From Cyanobacteria bacterium M5B4 (GTDB lineage Bacteria; Cyanobacteriota; Cyanobacteriia; Pseudanabaenales; Pseudanabaenaceae), in assembly GCA_002861535.1 (NCBI GenBank), contig PHFO01000001.1, positions 1,858 to 65,857 on the forward strand: a stretch of 64,000 bases of DNA, written 5' to 3'. Below are positions 1-11,169 of the stretch, piece by piece (positions within the stretch are counted from its first letter, which is position 1; each line of letters starts with the position of its first letter). The notes beneath the pieces are model-generated. The model searched no databases. It saw nothing but the letters and a program-made list of their open reading frames with translations, and was not told where the DNA came from. A program made the position numbers and the translations under genes.

Positions 1-1
1 A

Positions 2-1231
2 GAGTTAGATATTTCTGACAGCGAACATCGGAGCTTCTTAGAAGAACTAGGGGTGGAAGACCCTCTATTACTTGATCCTAACCATAAAAGAACCCTAGAA
101 AATACTATTCGTATTTCTGGTTATCGTAAAGCTCTGGAGCGGTTAGTCAAACTACAAAAGTTGAATAATAATGACAAAGCAAAAGTAGCACAGACTTATT
201 GCATCACTCCCCAGGAAGAAGCAGAGATTTTGCAAGACTTCGATCGCAATGGTTCTAATAAACAAAAGGCATTATTTTATCTCGATCGGTTGCAGTCTCT
301 CATCTACTCTTATCATTGCTTGCATCAGTCTGTCCTTCAAGAAAATCGTTTAGTGATCAAGCTTTTGTTAGAGGTAATTCGCCGCCGCAAACAAAAGTTT
401 ATTGTGGGTATCTTACAAACGATCGAAACTCTAGGAGAAAATGAAGCCCAAGAAATTGCTAAAACCTTGGGGGGACTTGCTCCTAACGTGTTACAAGATA
501 TTTTAGAACAACAAAATTCAGAATGGCATGAACGGCTTAATCCTGAGATTATTAAATTTTTGCATCAACCTAGTAACGACAGTTATTGCAACTTGCAGAT
601 CGGTATAGGTGAGATTGAAGCCACTTTAGTTAACCTACTGAAAGAGCCTAATCCTATCATTCAAGCTGCATCTCTGTTTACTTTGCAAAAGTTAGACTGC
701 AACTTTGCCCTTACTTCCTTGCCCAATATTATCGGCAATCATCAAATTCTCCAGGAGATGATCAATTATCTGTTTTCTTGTCGCAAACAAGGAGACTTAA
801 AGGATTTTCCGCTTTTAGAAAAAGTTGTATACCTATACAACAGTGACTTCTTTGAAAAGATGGATAATGAAACTTTGTTAGCTCTTGCCGATCGTGCTGT
901 CATCAAAACCTTTGAAGTCGATTCCCATTTGACAGATGAGGGCGATACCTGCCGTGAACTCCTCGTTTTAATAGAAGGAATTGTAGAAATTACTAAGAAG
1001 AAAACCGACGGTTCTCTTATTACTTCTACTCTTCTGCCAGGAAAAGTGTTAGATGAATTGGAGGTGATTACTCATAGTGCACTTAAGGCAACGATCGTGG
1101 CAAAAGCCAGTCCCACAAGAGTCTTAGCAATTCCTGTCGATACATTTGATGAAATGATTGATGGTAATCATTATTTGGCTCTCAAAGTATTAGAGCTAGA
1201 AACAAATATATTAAAAGGTCTCTTGCAATAG
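2..1231 (+). CDS. cyclic nucleotide-binding domain protein, 5'-partial (frame open to the window edge)
   Basis: There is no stop between position 2 and the track ORF 53..1231. The C-terminal ~120 aa fit a cNMP-binding fold (FFEKMDNETLLALADRA...EGDTCRELLVLIEGIVEI...ATIVAKASPTRVLAIPVDTF). Confidence 0.6.
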   Translation, partial: ELDISDSEHRSFLEELGVEDPLLLDPNHKRTLENTIRISGYRKALERLVKLQKLNNNDKAKVAQTYCITPQEEAEILQDFDRNGSNKQKALFYLDRLQSLIYSYHCLHQSVLQENRLVIKLLLEVIRRRKQKFIVGILQTIETLGENEAQEIAKTLGGLAPNVLQDILEQQNSEWHERLNPEIIKFLHQPSNDSYCNLQIGIGEIEATLVNLLKEPNPIIQAASLFTLQKLDCNFALTSLPNIIGNHQILQEMINYLFSCRKQGDLKDFPLLEKVVYLYNSDFFEKMDNETLLALADRAVIKTFEVDSHLTDEGDTCRELLVLIEGIVEITKKKTDGSLITSTLLPGKVLDELEVITHSALKATIVAKASPTRVLAIPVDTFDEMIDGNHYLALKVLELETNILKGLLQ

Positions 1232-1345
1232 AAGATTACCAATAGGAAGAACTTAAACCCTCACTCCTTGAGTGTATAGAAAATAGGGTTGTGAGTATGA
1301 TAAACTAACTATGCTACAATTATTCCTTGTAGAGTAAATAACTTT

Positions 1346-1983
1346 ATGTCTTTTTTTACAAAGAAAGCTACTGAACCACATCTCAGACATTTATTAACTG
1401 TAAATGACGATCGGGGTGTAGAAACTTTCGTCTTAGAAGCAAGCGTATATTCTATTGGTAGAGACCCCAGTAATGCCATCGTGATCCATTCTGATGCCGC
1501 ATCTAGACAACACGCCATTTTATTAAGAGTCCCTAACCCAGATAAAACCTATTCCTATGCAATTCAAGACGGCAATTTAGAAGGAAAACCTAGTGCTAAT
1601 GGTGTTATTGTTAATGGCATTAGAATAAAAAACATATCCTAAAAAGTGGAGATGAGATTGTTTTGGGCGGAAAGGTTATTCTTATTTACCGCACTGCCCT
1701 ATTAACAGACAAGGAACTGGAGGAGAAAGTTACGCATCCTGAATATCGTAAGTTAAAGGGGAATGTTCTCATTGCTGAACAGACAATTCAGGGTTATTTT
1801 GACACTACTACTAATCTGAATACTCCTGGTATTCCAGTGTATATTAAACAAGAAATTGATTCTTTTCGACAGTGCTATGAGTTTGTATTACAAGAGCTAA
1901 AGGATTTAGCATTATCTCATTCTGATTATGTCACGATCGCTGTAAGTATTTATCAAAAAATACAAAAAAATCACGCTAATTAG
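1346..1983 (+). CDS. FHA domain protein, interrupted by a -1 frameshift at A6 run 1627-1632
   Basis: Track ORFs 1346..1642 and 1663..1983. The FHA pattern SIGRDPSNAIVIHSDAASRQHAILL...NGVIVNG continues in the -1 frame as KKHILKSGDEIVLGGKVILIYR. Confidence 0.7.
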
Positions 1984-2071
1984 ACTGATCATTTATTCTT
2001 ATATTCTTACAATTATCTCCCAGGGTCAAATTGCTGGAGTTACAAGACTTACGGAGCATTTCCGTTATAAG

Positions 2072-2881
2072 ATGAGGCGGATTTTTAAGTTAAAGGTTCA
2101 TAAAGGCAATATAATCAGATTGATCAGAGAAGAAATGACTAGCTTTATGGAAGAAAATCAGAGGTTTCCGCAGCTTTTTTGGGGCATGGCTATCCTCAGT
2201 GCTTCCCTTGTGGTTGGTAGCACGATCGGCAGTTACGCTATTGGGCGCTTACGCTCACGGGATGTATTGACGGTAATCGGTTCGGCTAAACGTCCCATCC
2301 GCTCGGATTATGTAGTGTGGCGCAGTAGTGTGAGTGCGCAACAGCCTACTTTGCGGGAGTCTTATCAACAACTAAAAAACTACACCGATCGGGTTTTAGC
2401 TTACCTCAAAAGCCAGGGGATTCCTGATAATGCTATTATCCTCAATGCTGTTACAACAGAAGTAATCAACGAGACCATAAATGGTTTTTCTACGGGCAAG
2501 GTGTTGTCTTACAGATTAGTTCAAAGTTTTAGTGTTAGTTCGCAAGAGGTCGATCGGATTGCTAAACTGGCTCAAACCAGTTCCGAGCTAATTAACGAGG
2601 GGATTCCCTTTAATTCGGAGCCGCCGGAATATATTTACACCCAGCTTAGTGAGCTGCGGGTAGAAATGATCAATGAAGCAACTAAAGATGCTAAAAAGCG
2701 CGCGGATGCGATCGTGTCTGTGACGGGGAATCGGGTAGGAGCAGTGCGGAATGCAGAAACGGATGTCTTTCAAATTACTAGGCGTTTTTCTACAGATGTC
2801 AGTAACAGTGGTAGTTATGATACTTCCACGATCGAAAAGGACATTACGGCTGTTGTTGCCATTACTTTTACTGTCAATTGA
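2072..2881 (+). CDS. SIMPL/DUF541-like periplasmic protein
   Basis: 269-aa ORF with one N-terminal TM segment and a C-terminal region (ATKDAKKRADAIVSVTGNRVGAVRNAE) typical of SIMPL-domain proteins. The true start may be the internal Met at 2135 or 2147. Confidence 0.5.
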   Translation: MRRIFKLKVHKGNIIRLIREEMTSFMEENQRFPQLFWGMAILSASLVVGSTIGSYAIGRLRSRDVLTVIGSAKRPIRSDYVVWRSSVSAQQPTLRESYQQLKNYTDRVLAYLKSQGIPDNAIILNAVTTEVINETINGFSTGKVLSYRLVQSFSVSSQEVDRIAKLAQTSSELINEGIPFNSEPPEYIYTQLSELRVEMINEATKDAKKRADAIVSVTGNRVGAVRNAETDVFQITRRFSTDVSNSGSYDTSTIEKDITAVVAITFTVN

Positions 2882-4265
2882 GGAGGGTGTAAGCAAAACA
2901 AAGTTGCAGACAAGAAGCCCGATCGGTTTTGCCTGACGCTGTTTTGGGGATGTGATCGACAATCACAAAGGCTTTGGGAACTTTGTAAGAAGGAAGAGCA
3001 AAAGATAAACAAAATTTTTTAATTTCATCTAACTCAATTGGTTTTTGAGTTTCAATGACAGCTAAAGGGATTTGTCCCCATTCTTTATCTTTTTTGCCGA
3101 TGACACAGACATCTTTAATACTAGGATGGTTTAATAACACCCTTTCAATTTCCTGGGGATAGATATTTTCCCCGCCACAAATGATCATATTGTCTAACCG
3201 ATCGATTACAAATAGATGACCGTCATCATCTAAATAACCAATGTCTTTTGTGTTAAACCAGTCTGGGGTAAATAACGATCGTCCTTTGATTTGAATTTGT
3301 CCGGCTACAATTCTTAGCTCTACACCAGGGATAGGTCTACCAGAGGATCGGGGTTTAGTTTGCCAGGCTTGAGTCGGTAGGGTTGTTACAGTAGAAGAGG
3401 CTTCTGTTAAGCCATAGGTGGTCACGATCGGTAGTTGTAGAGCCAAACAACGCTTCTGTAATTCTTCTGCCATGGGGGCACCGCCAATCATGATCCCTTG
3501 CATTTTTTGCCAGTGGGTTAAACTTTCTAAAAATAAGGGATGGGATAAAATCCGTTCTACCATAGTCGGTACAAAAGATGCCCAACCGATCGAATGCTTA
3601 ACAATAGATTCGATAATCAGAGTAACATCAAACCGATCGATTAAATTGATCGACATACCAGACCACAAACAACGCCAGATAATGGCAAACCCTCCTACAT
3701 GAAATAGGGGCAGACATAACAACCAAGAACGATCGGAGATAGAAATAGAAAGATGAGATAAAACACCAATGGCGCTGTAGTAATGATTTGCTAAAGTTAA
3801 GTTAATTGCTTTGGGTATGGCAGTTGTGCCCGAAGAAAAAAAGATGCTATGGGATCGATCTAAATCTAAGACAGGAATAAGAGCCTTAGGTATTGTAGCT
3901 ATATCCTCCAATAAGTTGATTATAGTTATGTTTTCGATTCCGATCGATCGGTCTGTGACTAAAAAGTTAACCCCGATCGTTTTTAGTTGTTTACTGATTT
4001 CCGCAGTACTGAGACGAACATTGAGACAGACAGAAATCGCCCCCATCCGCGTTAGAGCTAGAATCCAAAAGATGTAACTCGGTTGATTAGGAGCTAAAAT
4101 GCCAACTTTGTCCTCTGGTTTAATTCCTAAAGTCCAACAATAGGAGATAATTCCATTAACCCTAGTTTCTACTTCTAAATAAGACCACGATCGGGAAGGA
4201 GTAACAAGAAATAGGGCATCAGGATCACAGATGGCACGCAAGTAGAGGGGATCAACTACTTTCAT
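2874..4265 (-). CDS. menE: AMP-dependent ligase, probably 2-succinylbenzoate-CoA ligase
   Basis: AMP-binding motifs FFSSGTTAIPKA, TYGLTEA and GYLDDDGHLFVIDRLDNMIICGGENIYPQEIE. The size (463 aa) fits cyanobacterial MenE. Confidence 0.6.
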   Translation of the reverse strand: MKVVDPLYLRAICDPDALFLVTPSRSWSYLEVETRVNGIISYCWTLGIKPEDKVGILAPNQPSYIFWILALTRMGAISVCLNVRLSTAEISKQLKTIGVNFLVTDRSIGIENITIINLLEDIATIPKALIPVLDLDRSHSIFFSSGTTAIPKAINLTLANHYYSAIGVLSHLSISISDRSWLLCLPLFHVGGFAIIWRCLWSGMSINLIDRFDVTLIIESIVKHSIGWASFVPTMVERILSHPLFLESLTHWQKMQGIMIGGAPMAEELQKRCLALQLPIVTTYGLTEASSTVTTLPTQAWQTKPRSSGRPIPGVELRIVAGQIQIKGRSLFTPDWFNTKDIGYLDDDGHLFVIDRLDNMIICGGENIYPQEIERVLLNHPSIKDVCVIGKKDKEWGQIPLAVIETQKPIELDEIKKFCLSFALPSYKVPKAFVIVDHIPKTASGKTDRASCLQLCFAYTLLN

Positions 4266-6510
4266 AGCGAGCTAACAATTGACTCAGTTCCTCTATGGAA
4301 ATAGGCTTAGTAATAAAATCTTTCATCCCTGCTTTTAGACAACGCGCCCGTTCCTGATCATCGCGGTGGGCGGTCATAGCAACGATCGTGGGGGGATGCT
4401 CTACCTCTGCAATTACCCTTTGAGTCACAGTTACCCCATCTAGGATAGGCATTTGCACATCCATGAGTACTAGGTCGTAGTTGTTATTTTTTATAGCTTC
4501 TAAAGTAGTCTGTCCATTGACGGTTAAGTCAGCAACATATCCCAGTTTTTTGAGCATTCTTAAGATAACTTTCTGATTTACCGGATTATCTTCTGCTAGT
4601 AGGATATTTAAGCTTCTAGTGCCTTGGGATTTGGGATAAAATTCTTGCAATAACCGATCGATTTCAGTTAACAATAAGTTCCGATCGATAGGCTTAAATA
4701 GATAACCATTACAACCAGCCCCCAGGATAAGTTCTTGATCTTGCGTGTAGGCACTAGCTGTTAATAATAAAATCGGAGTCCGAGCGTCTGTCTTTCGAAT
4801 TTGTCTGACCATCTCTAAACCATCCATTTGGGGCATTCGCCAATCAGTTAAAATTATATGGGGCTTCCATTGTTGCCACAGTTTAAGAGCAACTAAGGCA
4901 TCTTCCGCTTCTTTGACCACAAAACCCGATCGGTTTAACAAACGACTTAAATAAGATAAATTTGTCGGCTCATCATCTACAATTAAAGCCCGATAACTGG
5001 TTCCATCCTGGATATGCTCCACACCTATTATGGGTTCTTTCGTGACGGGAATGTCGTTAGGAATATCAGTTAACAAGGAAAAACTAAATTTACTGCCCTC
5101 CCCTTCTTCACTCTCTAAAGTGATTTCTCCCCCCATAAGGTTGATAATTTGTTGGGAAATGGTCAAGCCTAAACCAGTGCTATCTAGCGATTTGCGCCCG
5201 CTGGCAGTCTGTCTAAAAGATTCAAATATTTGTTTTTGTTCATGAGCAGGAATACCTATGCCAGTGTCAATGACAGCAAAATGTAATAATACTTTTCCCG
5301 TAGGTTGTAACTCTTGACTAACAGATAGAGTAATGCTCCCCCGCTCGGTAAATTTTAAGGCATTGCCAATTAGATTGATCAACACCTGAGAAAGTTTATT
5401 GTAGTCAGCTACAATCCATTCAGGACAATCAATCTGCCAGATCAAACTAATTCCCTTTGCTTCTGCCCTCAATCTAAACATTTCGTAGAGGGATTTTAGT
5501 CGTTCTGGTAAATTAAATGCTACCGGTTCTAAAGTGATTTTACCTGCTTCGATTTTTGATAGTTCTAAGATGTCGTTGATTAAGTGGAGTAAATGACGAC
5601 CACTGTTTTCCATGATTTTCAGGGTCTCAATTTGACTAGGATTGAGGTCTTCATCTAAGATCATCAAGTTAGTAAATCCTAGAATGGCGTTGAGGGGGGT
5701 ACGAATTTCATGGCTCATTTGGGAGAGGAAATTACTTTTAGCTTGATTAGCTCTTTCGGCGGCTTCCTTTGCTTCTTGTAGTTGTCTTGTTCTTTGAGTA
5801 ACGAGGCGGTGGAGATAGGTTTCCTGTTCTTTGCGCGCCGTAATGTCGGTAAAGGTGGTGATATAAGTCGTCTCATCCAGCAGGTTTAGTTCTGTAAAAG
5901 TTACACTAGCCCAAAATTGGCTGCTATCTCCGCGACGCATTCTCAAATCGTAGGTATCTTGGGACTGAGAACTGATGGGAATATTGGGATGTACTACAAA
6001 AATTTCTGGTTGTTTGAGGGTGAGGAGGGTTTCCATCGGTATTGCTAATTCCTTGCTGGCAGTGCTGTTGGCATAGATGATCTGCTGGTCGCTTTGCCGC
6101 ACAGCAAGGATACCGAGGGGCACGGCTTCGGCAATGCGACGAAATAACTCCCGATTTTGACGGGCAATCTCGATCGTGTCTTGGTATAAGCCCATTTCCA
6201 TATAATCGCCGTGCTCTGTCGTTGTCTCTAGGACAATCTCTAGGTCTTTCTTTTCCTGTTGTAAGACTTCTAAGATTAGTTCTAGGGCGGCTTCTGCATG
6301 TTCTTTCTCCTTGATTTCTTGTTCTAGTCGTTTGGTCACGTCGTAGAGTAACTGCTCTACCCGATCGGAATGGCTGATCGTAGTTTCTAGCAGTAGCTCC
6401 AGGTCTTGTTTTTCCTGCTCTAGCTCCAATATTCTATCTCTGAGTTTCTTGACCTCATCAACTAGTTCCACAGGTTTGGGTTGATTGATTGACATATAGT
6501 TATGGTACAA
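4252..6510 (-). CDS. hybrid sensor histidine kinase with coiled-coil/PAS input and two receiver domains
   Basis: H-box MSHEIRTPLNAILGF, N-box NLIGNALKFT, G-boxes DTGIGI and GLGLTIS. Receivers are ALIVDDEPTN...DWRMPQMDG and ILLAEDNPVN...MDVQMPILDG. An alternative start is MSINQ at 6495. Confidence 0.9.
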   Translation of the reverse strand: MYHNYMSINQPKPVELVDEVKKLRDRILELEQEKQDLELLLETTISHSDRVEQLLYDVTKRLEQEIKEKEHAEAALELILEVLQQEKKDLEIVLETTTEHGDYMEMGLYQDTIEIARQNRELFRRIAEAVPLGILAVRQSDQQIIYANSTASKELAIPMETLLTLKQPEIFVVHPNIPISSQSQDTYDLRMRRGDSSQFWASVTFTELNLLDETTYITTFTDITARKEQETYLHRLVTQRTRQLQEAKEAAERANQAKSNFLSQMSHEIRTPLNAILGFTNLMILDEDLNPSQIETLKIMENSGRHLLHLINDILELSKIEAGKITLEPVAFNLPERLKSLYEMFRLRAEAKGISLIWQIDCPEWIVADYNKLSQVLINLIGNALKFTERGSITLSVSQELQPTGKVLLHFAVIDTGIGIPAHEQKQIFESFRQTASGRKSLDSTGLGLTISQQIINLMGGEITLESEEGEGSKFSFSLLTDIPNDIPVTKEPIIGVEHIQDGTSYRALIVDDEPTNLSYLSRLLNRSGFVVKEAEDALVALKLWQQWKPHIILTDWRMPQMDGLEMVRQIRKTDARTPILLLTASAYTQDQELILGAGCNGYLFKPIDRNLLLTEIDRLLQEFYPKSQGTRSLNILLAEDNPVNQKVILRMLKKLGYVADLTVNGQTTLEAIKNNNYDLVLMDVQMPILDGVTVTQRVIAEVEHPPTIVAMTAHRDDQERARCLKAGMKDFITKPISIEELSQLLARYESS

Positions 6511-6862
6511 CCAAAACTGGGCAGGGAGAGAGGTTAATCACCCGATGGCTGACGCTTTCTGTCTCTTCTCCTAGCCCCCTAGTCCCCATCACGATCAAGT
6601 CGCAGTTCATTTCGTCGGCAGTATCACAAATGACGAAGGCGGGCTTGCCTGGGGCAGATTTAACTTCCGGGGTGATGCCTTCTGCTTCAAATAGTTGCCG
6701 TGCCCGATCGAGGAGGGCTTCTACGGCGGCGGGGTCGTTGTTGTCGATTACAGAGAGCAGAATCAACCGCGACTGATAGGTTTTGACTAGACCTGTCACG
6801 ATCGGGGTTGCCTGGCGGGCTTCGAGACTACTATCTACAGCAAACAGAATTGTGGTGAACAT
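6500..6862 (-). CDS. universal stress protein (UspA family)
   Basis: ILFAVDSS...DLIVMGTRGLG...SVSHRVINLSPCPVLVV is the canonical Usp pattern. Confidence 0.85.
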   Translation of the reverse strand: MFTTILFAVDSSLEARQATPIVTGLVKTYQSRLILLSVIDNNDPAAVEALLDRARQLFEAEGITPEVKSAPGKPAFVICDTADEMNCDLIVMGTRGLGEETESVSHRVINLSPCPVLVVP

Positions 6863-6949
6863 GATTGGTACAATCTAAAACTATCATGAGGAATTCGTAA
6901 CTACTACGGTAGCAAAGAACCTTTGAAAGCTGTATGAGGAATTTTAAGC

Positions 6950-8169
6950 ATGGCAAAACGCACTTTAGCAAATCTGAAACCAGAAGATTTAGCAGGAAAA
7001 AAGTTTTAGTAAGGGTAGATTTTAATGTACCCCAGGCAGAAAATGGCGCGATTACGGATGATACACGCATCCGCGCTGCTCTCCCCACGATCGATTATTT
7101 ACGCAAGAGCGGGGCAAAGTCGATCCTCGTCACCCACCTGGGCAGACCGAAGGGGGATACCCTCGCCGATCGGGTCAAAGATAAGTTACGGGTCACGCCG
7201 ATCGCAGAACGTCTATCGCAGTTGTTGGGGCAAACCGTGCTCAAGTGTGACGACTGCATTGGGGCAGCAGTTCAAGCCCAGTTGGACACCCTAGAAAACG
7301 GAGGGGTTGCTCTCCTGGAAAATGTGCGCTTCTATCCTGGCGAAGAGGCAAATGACCCTGAATTTGCGAAGGAATTGGCTAGTTTGGCAGAAATCTATGT
7401 CAACGATGCCTTTGGCGCTGCCCACCGTGCCCATGCTTCTACAGCGGGGGTAGCCCAGTTTTTACAACCAGCGGTAGCGGGCTTTTTGCTCGACCGGGAG
7501 CTACAGTACCTCAGTGGGGCTATCGACAACCCCCAGCGCCCCCTCGCCGCGATCGTGGGTGGTTCTAAAGTATCGAGTAAGATCGGTGTTATCGAAGCAC
7601 TTCTCGGTAAAGTCAACAAATTGTTGATCGGCGGTGGCATGATCTTCACCTTCTATAAGGCACGGGGCTTGAATGTGGGTAAGTCTTTGGTGGAAGAAGA
7701 TAAGTTAGACTTGGCGAAATCCCTGGAATCCTTGGCAAAGGAGCGGGGCGTAGAATTGATCCTGCCTACTGATGTTGTAGTCGCCGACCAGTTTGCTGCC
7801 GATGCTAACTCCCAGCTTGTGCCTGTAGACAGTATCCCCCAGGGTTGGATGGGCTTAGATATTGGACCTAAGTCGATCGAGGCTTTCCAGGCTGCCCTCG
7901 CCGATTGCAAGACCGTAATCTGGAATGGTCCGATGGGCGTATTCGAGTTTGATCAGTTTGCTAAGGGCACAGAGGCGATCGCTCACTCCCTGGCAGAGTT
8001 GACTGGTAAGGGAACGATCACCATCATTGGCGGCGGCGATTCGGTAGCGGCTGTAGAAAAAGTCGGCGTTGCCGATCGGATGAGTCATATTTCCACTGGC
8101 GGTGGGGCAAGTTTAGAGCTGTTAGAAGGCAAGGTTCTACCCGGTATTGCGGCTCTCAATGAGGCATAG
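6950..8169 (+). CDS. pgk: phosphoglycerate kinase, N-terminus frameshifted at A6 run 6997-7002
   Basis: The body [10 protein letters not shown]...GGGDS...STGGGASLE is unmistakable PGK. ATG 6950 (GAGGA at 6936-6940) encodes the canonical [17 protein letters not shown] in the +1 frame relative to the body. Confidence 0.95.
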
Positions 8170-8214
8170 TTGACAATTCTAGGTCGAGCATCCAATAATA
8201 GAATGCTCAACCTA

Positions 8215-8296
8215 GCGGAACTGGCGGAATTGGTAGACGCGCATGTTTCAGGTACATGTGCCGCAAGGCTTGGGAGTTCGAGTCTCCCGTTCCGCA
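8215..8296 (+). tRNA. tRNA-Leu (anticodon CAG), long variable arm
   Basis: Cloverleaf folded by hand: acceptor GCGGAAC/GTTCCGC, anticodon stem CATGT/ACATG with loop TTCAGGT, 12-nt variable arm, T-arm GGGAG-TTCGAGT-CTCCC. No encoded CCA. Confidence 0.9.
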
Positions 8297-8424
8297 TTGC
8301 CCCAGGGCTACAAGGGAGCAGGTTTTTCTTGTTCCTTCTCTTTTAGGGGAAAACTTTTTAAGGAGCTTGGCAGGAAATTACAGCCCTCCATCCTATGTCA
8401 AACTGTTCATAGCATCCAAAGTCA

Positions 8425-11169
8425 ATGACGGCGGGTGAGTTCCAAAATAGTAGTTCCCGCCCTATGCCCGAAAAATTATGGTTTAATTTGCCTGCGTCTG
8501 AAGTGCTTGCCTACTGGGAAACTAACCCCGATCGGGGTTTGAACCATCGCGTTGTCAAGGAACGCCTGGAGCAGTATGGGGCTAATGAGTTGCCCGCAGG
8601 AGAAGTCCGATCGGCTTGGCGCATCTTTTACGACCAATTTACCAATGTGATGTTGCTGTTACTGATGGCAGTGGCGGCAATCTCTGCTGGTTTAGATATT
8701 TATCAAAGGGAATTTCCCAAGGATGCAGTGGCAATTATGGTGATTGTGCTGCTCAACGGTATTTTGGGCTATGCCCAGGAAAGTAAGGCAGAGCAAGCAT
8801 TACAGGCATTAAAACAACTTTCTGCCCCCCTGGTGCGGGTAGTGCGGCACGGCATAATTCAAGAGGTCAAATCTCCGGAATTAGTGCCAGGGGACATCAT
8901 GCTCTTGGAGGCTGGGGTACAAATTGCCGCCGATGGACGCTTAATCGAAACAGTTAACCTGCAAGTCCGGGAATCGGCACTGACAGGGGAATCCCAAGCC
9001 ATTAACAAAGATGGTAACTTGGTTTTGGCACCGGATACCCTCCTCGCCGATCGGTTGAATATGGTCTATCAGGGCACAGAGGTAGTGCAGGGCAGGGGCA
9101 CAGCAGTTGTGGTGGCAACGGGGCAGACTACAGTCCTTGGTCAAATTGCTCAATCCCTGGGAGCAGTACAAAGGGAAGATACTCCCCTGCAGCGGCGGAT
9201 GGAACAGCTCAGCCAGGCATTGGTTATGGGTTCTTTGATTTTGGTGGCAGTCGTAGTCACGATCGGGGTGATTAGTAGCGGGGTTTTCCTGATTCCCGAC
9301 CTGACTTGGGGCACCTTTTGGCAGCAGAGCCGCCTTGAACAATTGTTAAACACTTCTTTGAGTATGGCAGTCGCCGTAGTCCCCGAAGGACTGCCCGCCG
9401 TAGTGACCGTCACCCTCGCCCTCGGCACCCAGCGCATGGTCAAACGCAACGCCCTGATCCGCAAACTCCCCGCCGTAGAAACTCTAGGCTCCGTCACTGT
9501 AATCTGTACCGATAAGACGGGCACCCTCACCCAAAATAAGATGGTCGTGGAAACGATCGTGACTCCCCAGACCGAACTAACTGTGACCGGTGACGGTTAC
9601 AGTCCCACGGGGAATTTTTTGTACCAAGGAGAACCAATTACAGAGTTTGACCCCAACTTAACTCGCCTCTTGCAAGCCTGCGCCCTCTGTAATGATGCCC
9701 TGTTGCAATTTGACCAGGGCTGGAAAATTTTGGGAGACCCTACAGAAGGAGCACTCCTCACCCTCAGTGCCAAGGCGGGCATCGACCCCGATCGGTTGAA
9801 ATTAGAACTGCCCCGCCGTGGTGAGATTCCCTTCACCTCCGAACGCAAACGCATGTCTGTGCTCTGCCCCCCCTATGCTTTTACCAAAGGCTCTGTAGAG
9901 AGTGTTTTAGACTGCTGTCAATTTTTCGACCAACGGGAACTGACGATCGCCGATCGGGACACAATTTTGCACCGCACGGAACTCCTCGCCCGTCAAGGGA
10001 TGCGTGTCCTCGGCTTTGCCTACGCCCGCCAAGAAAAGTTGCAAGAAGAGGGACTAATTTGGTTGGGGCTAGTCGCCATGCGCGATGCCCCCCGCGCCGA
10101 AGCTAAAGCCGCTGTTGCCCTGTGTTACCAAGCCGGCATCCGTCCCATCATGATTACCGGCGACCATCCCGCCACCGCCCAAGCGATCGGATTAGATTTA
10201 GGCATCATCTCCACTGCCCAGCCTCCCATCACCGGCAAAGACCTAGTTACCGCCTCCCCCACAGACTTAAGAACGATCGTGCAACACAACCAAATATTTG
10301 CCAGAGTCAGCCCCGACCACAAACTAGCGATCGTGCAAGCCCTGCAACAAAATGGCGAATTTGTGGCTATGACCGGGGATGGAGTCAACGATGCCCCCGC
10401 CCTCAAACAAGCCAACATCGGCATCAGCATGGGCATTACCGGCACAGATGTAGCCAAAGAAGCCAGCGACATGATTCTCAGAGATGACAACTTCGCCACC
10501 ATCCTCGCCGCCACCGAAGAAGGCAGGGTAGTTTACGCCAATATCCGCCGCTTTATCAAATACATCCTGGGGAGCAATGTCGGGGAAGTGCTCACGATCG
10601 GCATGGCTCCCCTCCTGGGCTTACCCGAAGTACCCCTCACCCCCCTGCAAATTCTATGGATGAATCTAGTCACCGATGGACTGCCCGCCCTCGCCCTCGC
10701 TGTCGAACCAGGGGAAGCAGACATCATGAAACAACTACCCATCAGCCCCCAGGAAAGTATTTTCGCTAGGGGCTTAGGCAGTTATATTTTGCGGATCGGT
10801 CTCATTTTCGGTCTGCTCACGATCGGGTTAATGCTTTGGACTTTTGCCACTCCCTCTGCCCATTGGCGCACGATCGTGTTTACTACCCTCTGTCTAGCCC
10901 AGATGGGGCACGCCCTCTCCTGCCGCTCCGATCGGTATTTACTGATCGAACTGCCCCAATTCACCAATCCCTTCCTTCTAGGAGCCGTCGTCTTAACCAC
11001 CCTGTTGCAAATTCTGCTTCTCTATGTGCCCCTATTGCGGCAGTTCTTTGGCACCGAACAGTTGACACTAACAGAATTAACCCTATGCTTTGGCGCTAGT
11101 ACCCTCATCTTTGCCGCGATCGAAGTAGACAAACTAATCAGGAGGGGATTACGGTCAGGGACTGCCTAG
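8425..11169 (+). CDS. cation-transporting P-type ATPase (P2, Ca2+-ATPase-like)
   Basis: Motifs TGES (ALTGESQ), phosphorylation site [12 protein letters not shown] and hinge [12 protein letters not shown], with about 10 TM segments. Confidence 0.9.
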   Translation: MTAGEFQNSSSRPMPEKLWFNLPASEVLAYWETNPDRGLNHRVVKERLEQYGANELPAGEVRSAWRIFYDQFTNVMLLLLMAVAAISAGLDIYQREFPKDAVAIMVIVLLNGILGYAQESKAEQALQALKQLSAPLVRVVRHGIIQEVKSPELVPGDIMLLEAGVQIAADGRLIETVNLQVRESALTGESQAINKDGNLVLAPDTLLADRLNMVYQGTEVVQGRGTAVVVATGQTTVLGQIAQSLGAVQREDTPLQRRMEQLSQALVMGSLILVAVVVTIGVISSGVFLIPDLTWGTFWQQSRLEQLLNTSLSMAVAVVPEGLPAVVTVTLALGTQRMVKRNALIRKLPAVETLGSVTVICTDKTGTLTQNKMVVETIVTPQTELTVTGDGYSPTGNFLYQGEPITEFDPNLTRLLQACALCNDALLQFDQGWKILGDPTEGALLTLSAKAGIDPDRLKLELPRRGEIPFTSERKRMSVLCPPYAFTKGSVESVLDCCQFFDQRELTIADRDTILHRTELLARQGMRVLGFAYARQEKLQEEGLIWLGLVAMRDAPRAEAKAAVALCYQAGIRPIMITGDHPATAQAIGLDLGIISTAQPPITGKDLVTASPTDLRTIVQHNQIFARVSPDHKLAIVQALQQNGEFVAMTGDGVNDAPALKQANIGISMGITGTDVAKEASDMILRDDNFATILAATEEGRVVYANIRRFIKYILGSNVGEVLTIGMAPLLGLPEVPLTPLQILWMNLVTDGLPALALAVEPGEADIMKQLPISPQESIFARGLGSYILRIGLIFGLLTIGLMLWTFATPSAHWRTIVFTTLCLAQMGHALSCRSDRYLLIELPQFTNPFLLGAVVLTTLLQILLLYVPLLRQFFGTEQLTLTELTLCFGASTLIFAAIEVDKLIRRGLRSGTA

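Noticed and set aside
6934-6949. ATG 6934 (the track ORF start) as the true pgk start.
   Set aside because: It yields a 21-residue leader with no resemblance to PGK. ATG 6950 has a proper GAGGA site and encodes the canonical N-terminus in the adjacent frame.
8170-8214. TTGACA (8170-8175) plus TAGAAT as the tRNA-Leu promoter, and GAGCAT...ATGCTC as the pgk terminator.
   Set aside because: The spacing between the -35 and -10 candidates is about 23 nt, which is too long. The hairpin lacks a T-tract. Neither is well enough supported to list as a feature.
10122-10514. Long alternative-frame and antisense ORFs inside the P-type ATPase. Similar cases are 9150..9530, 33334..33715 inside the RTX region, 18757..19179 inside chlI and 28586..29011 inside pheS.
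   Set aside because: These are shadow ORFs within confidently identified genes. Their low-complexity Arg/Pro/Ser-rich translations are typical of off-frame reading of GC-richer coding DNA.
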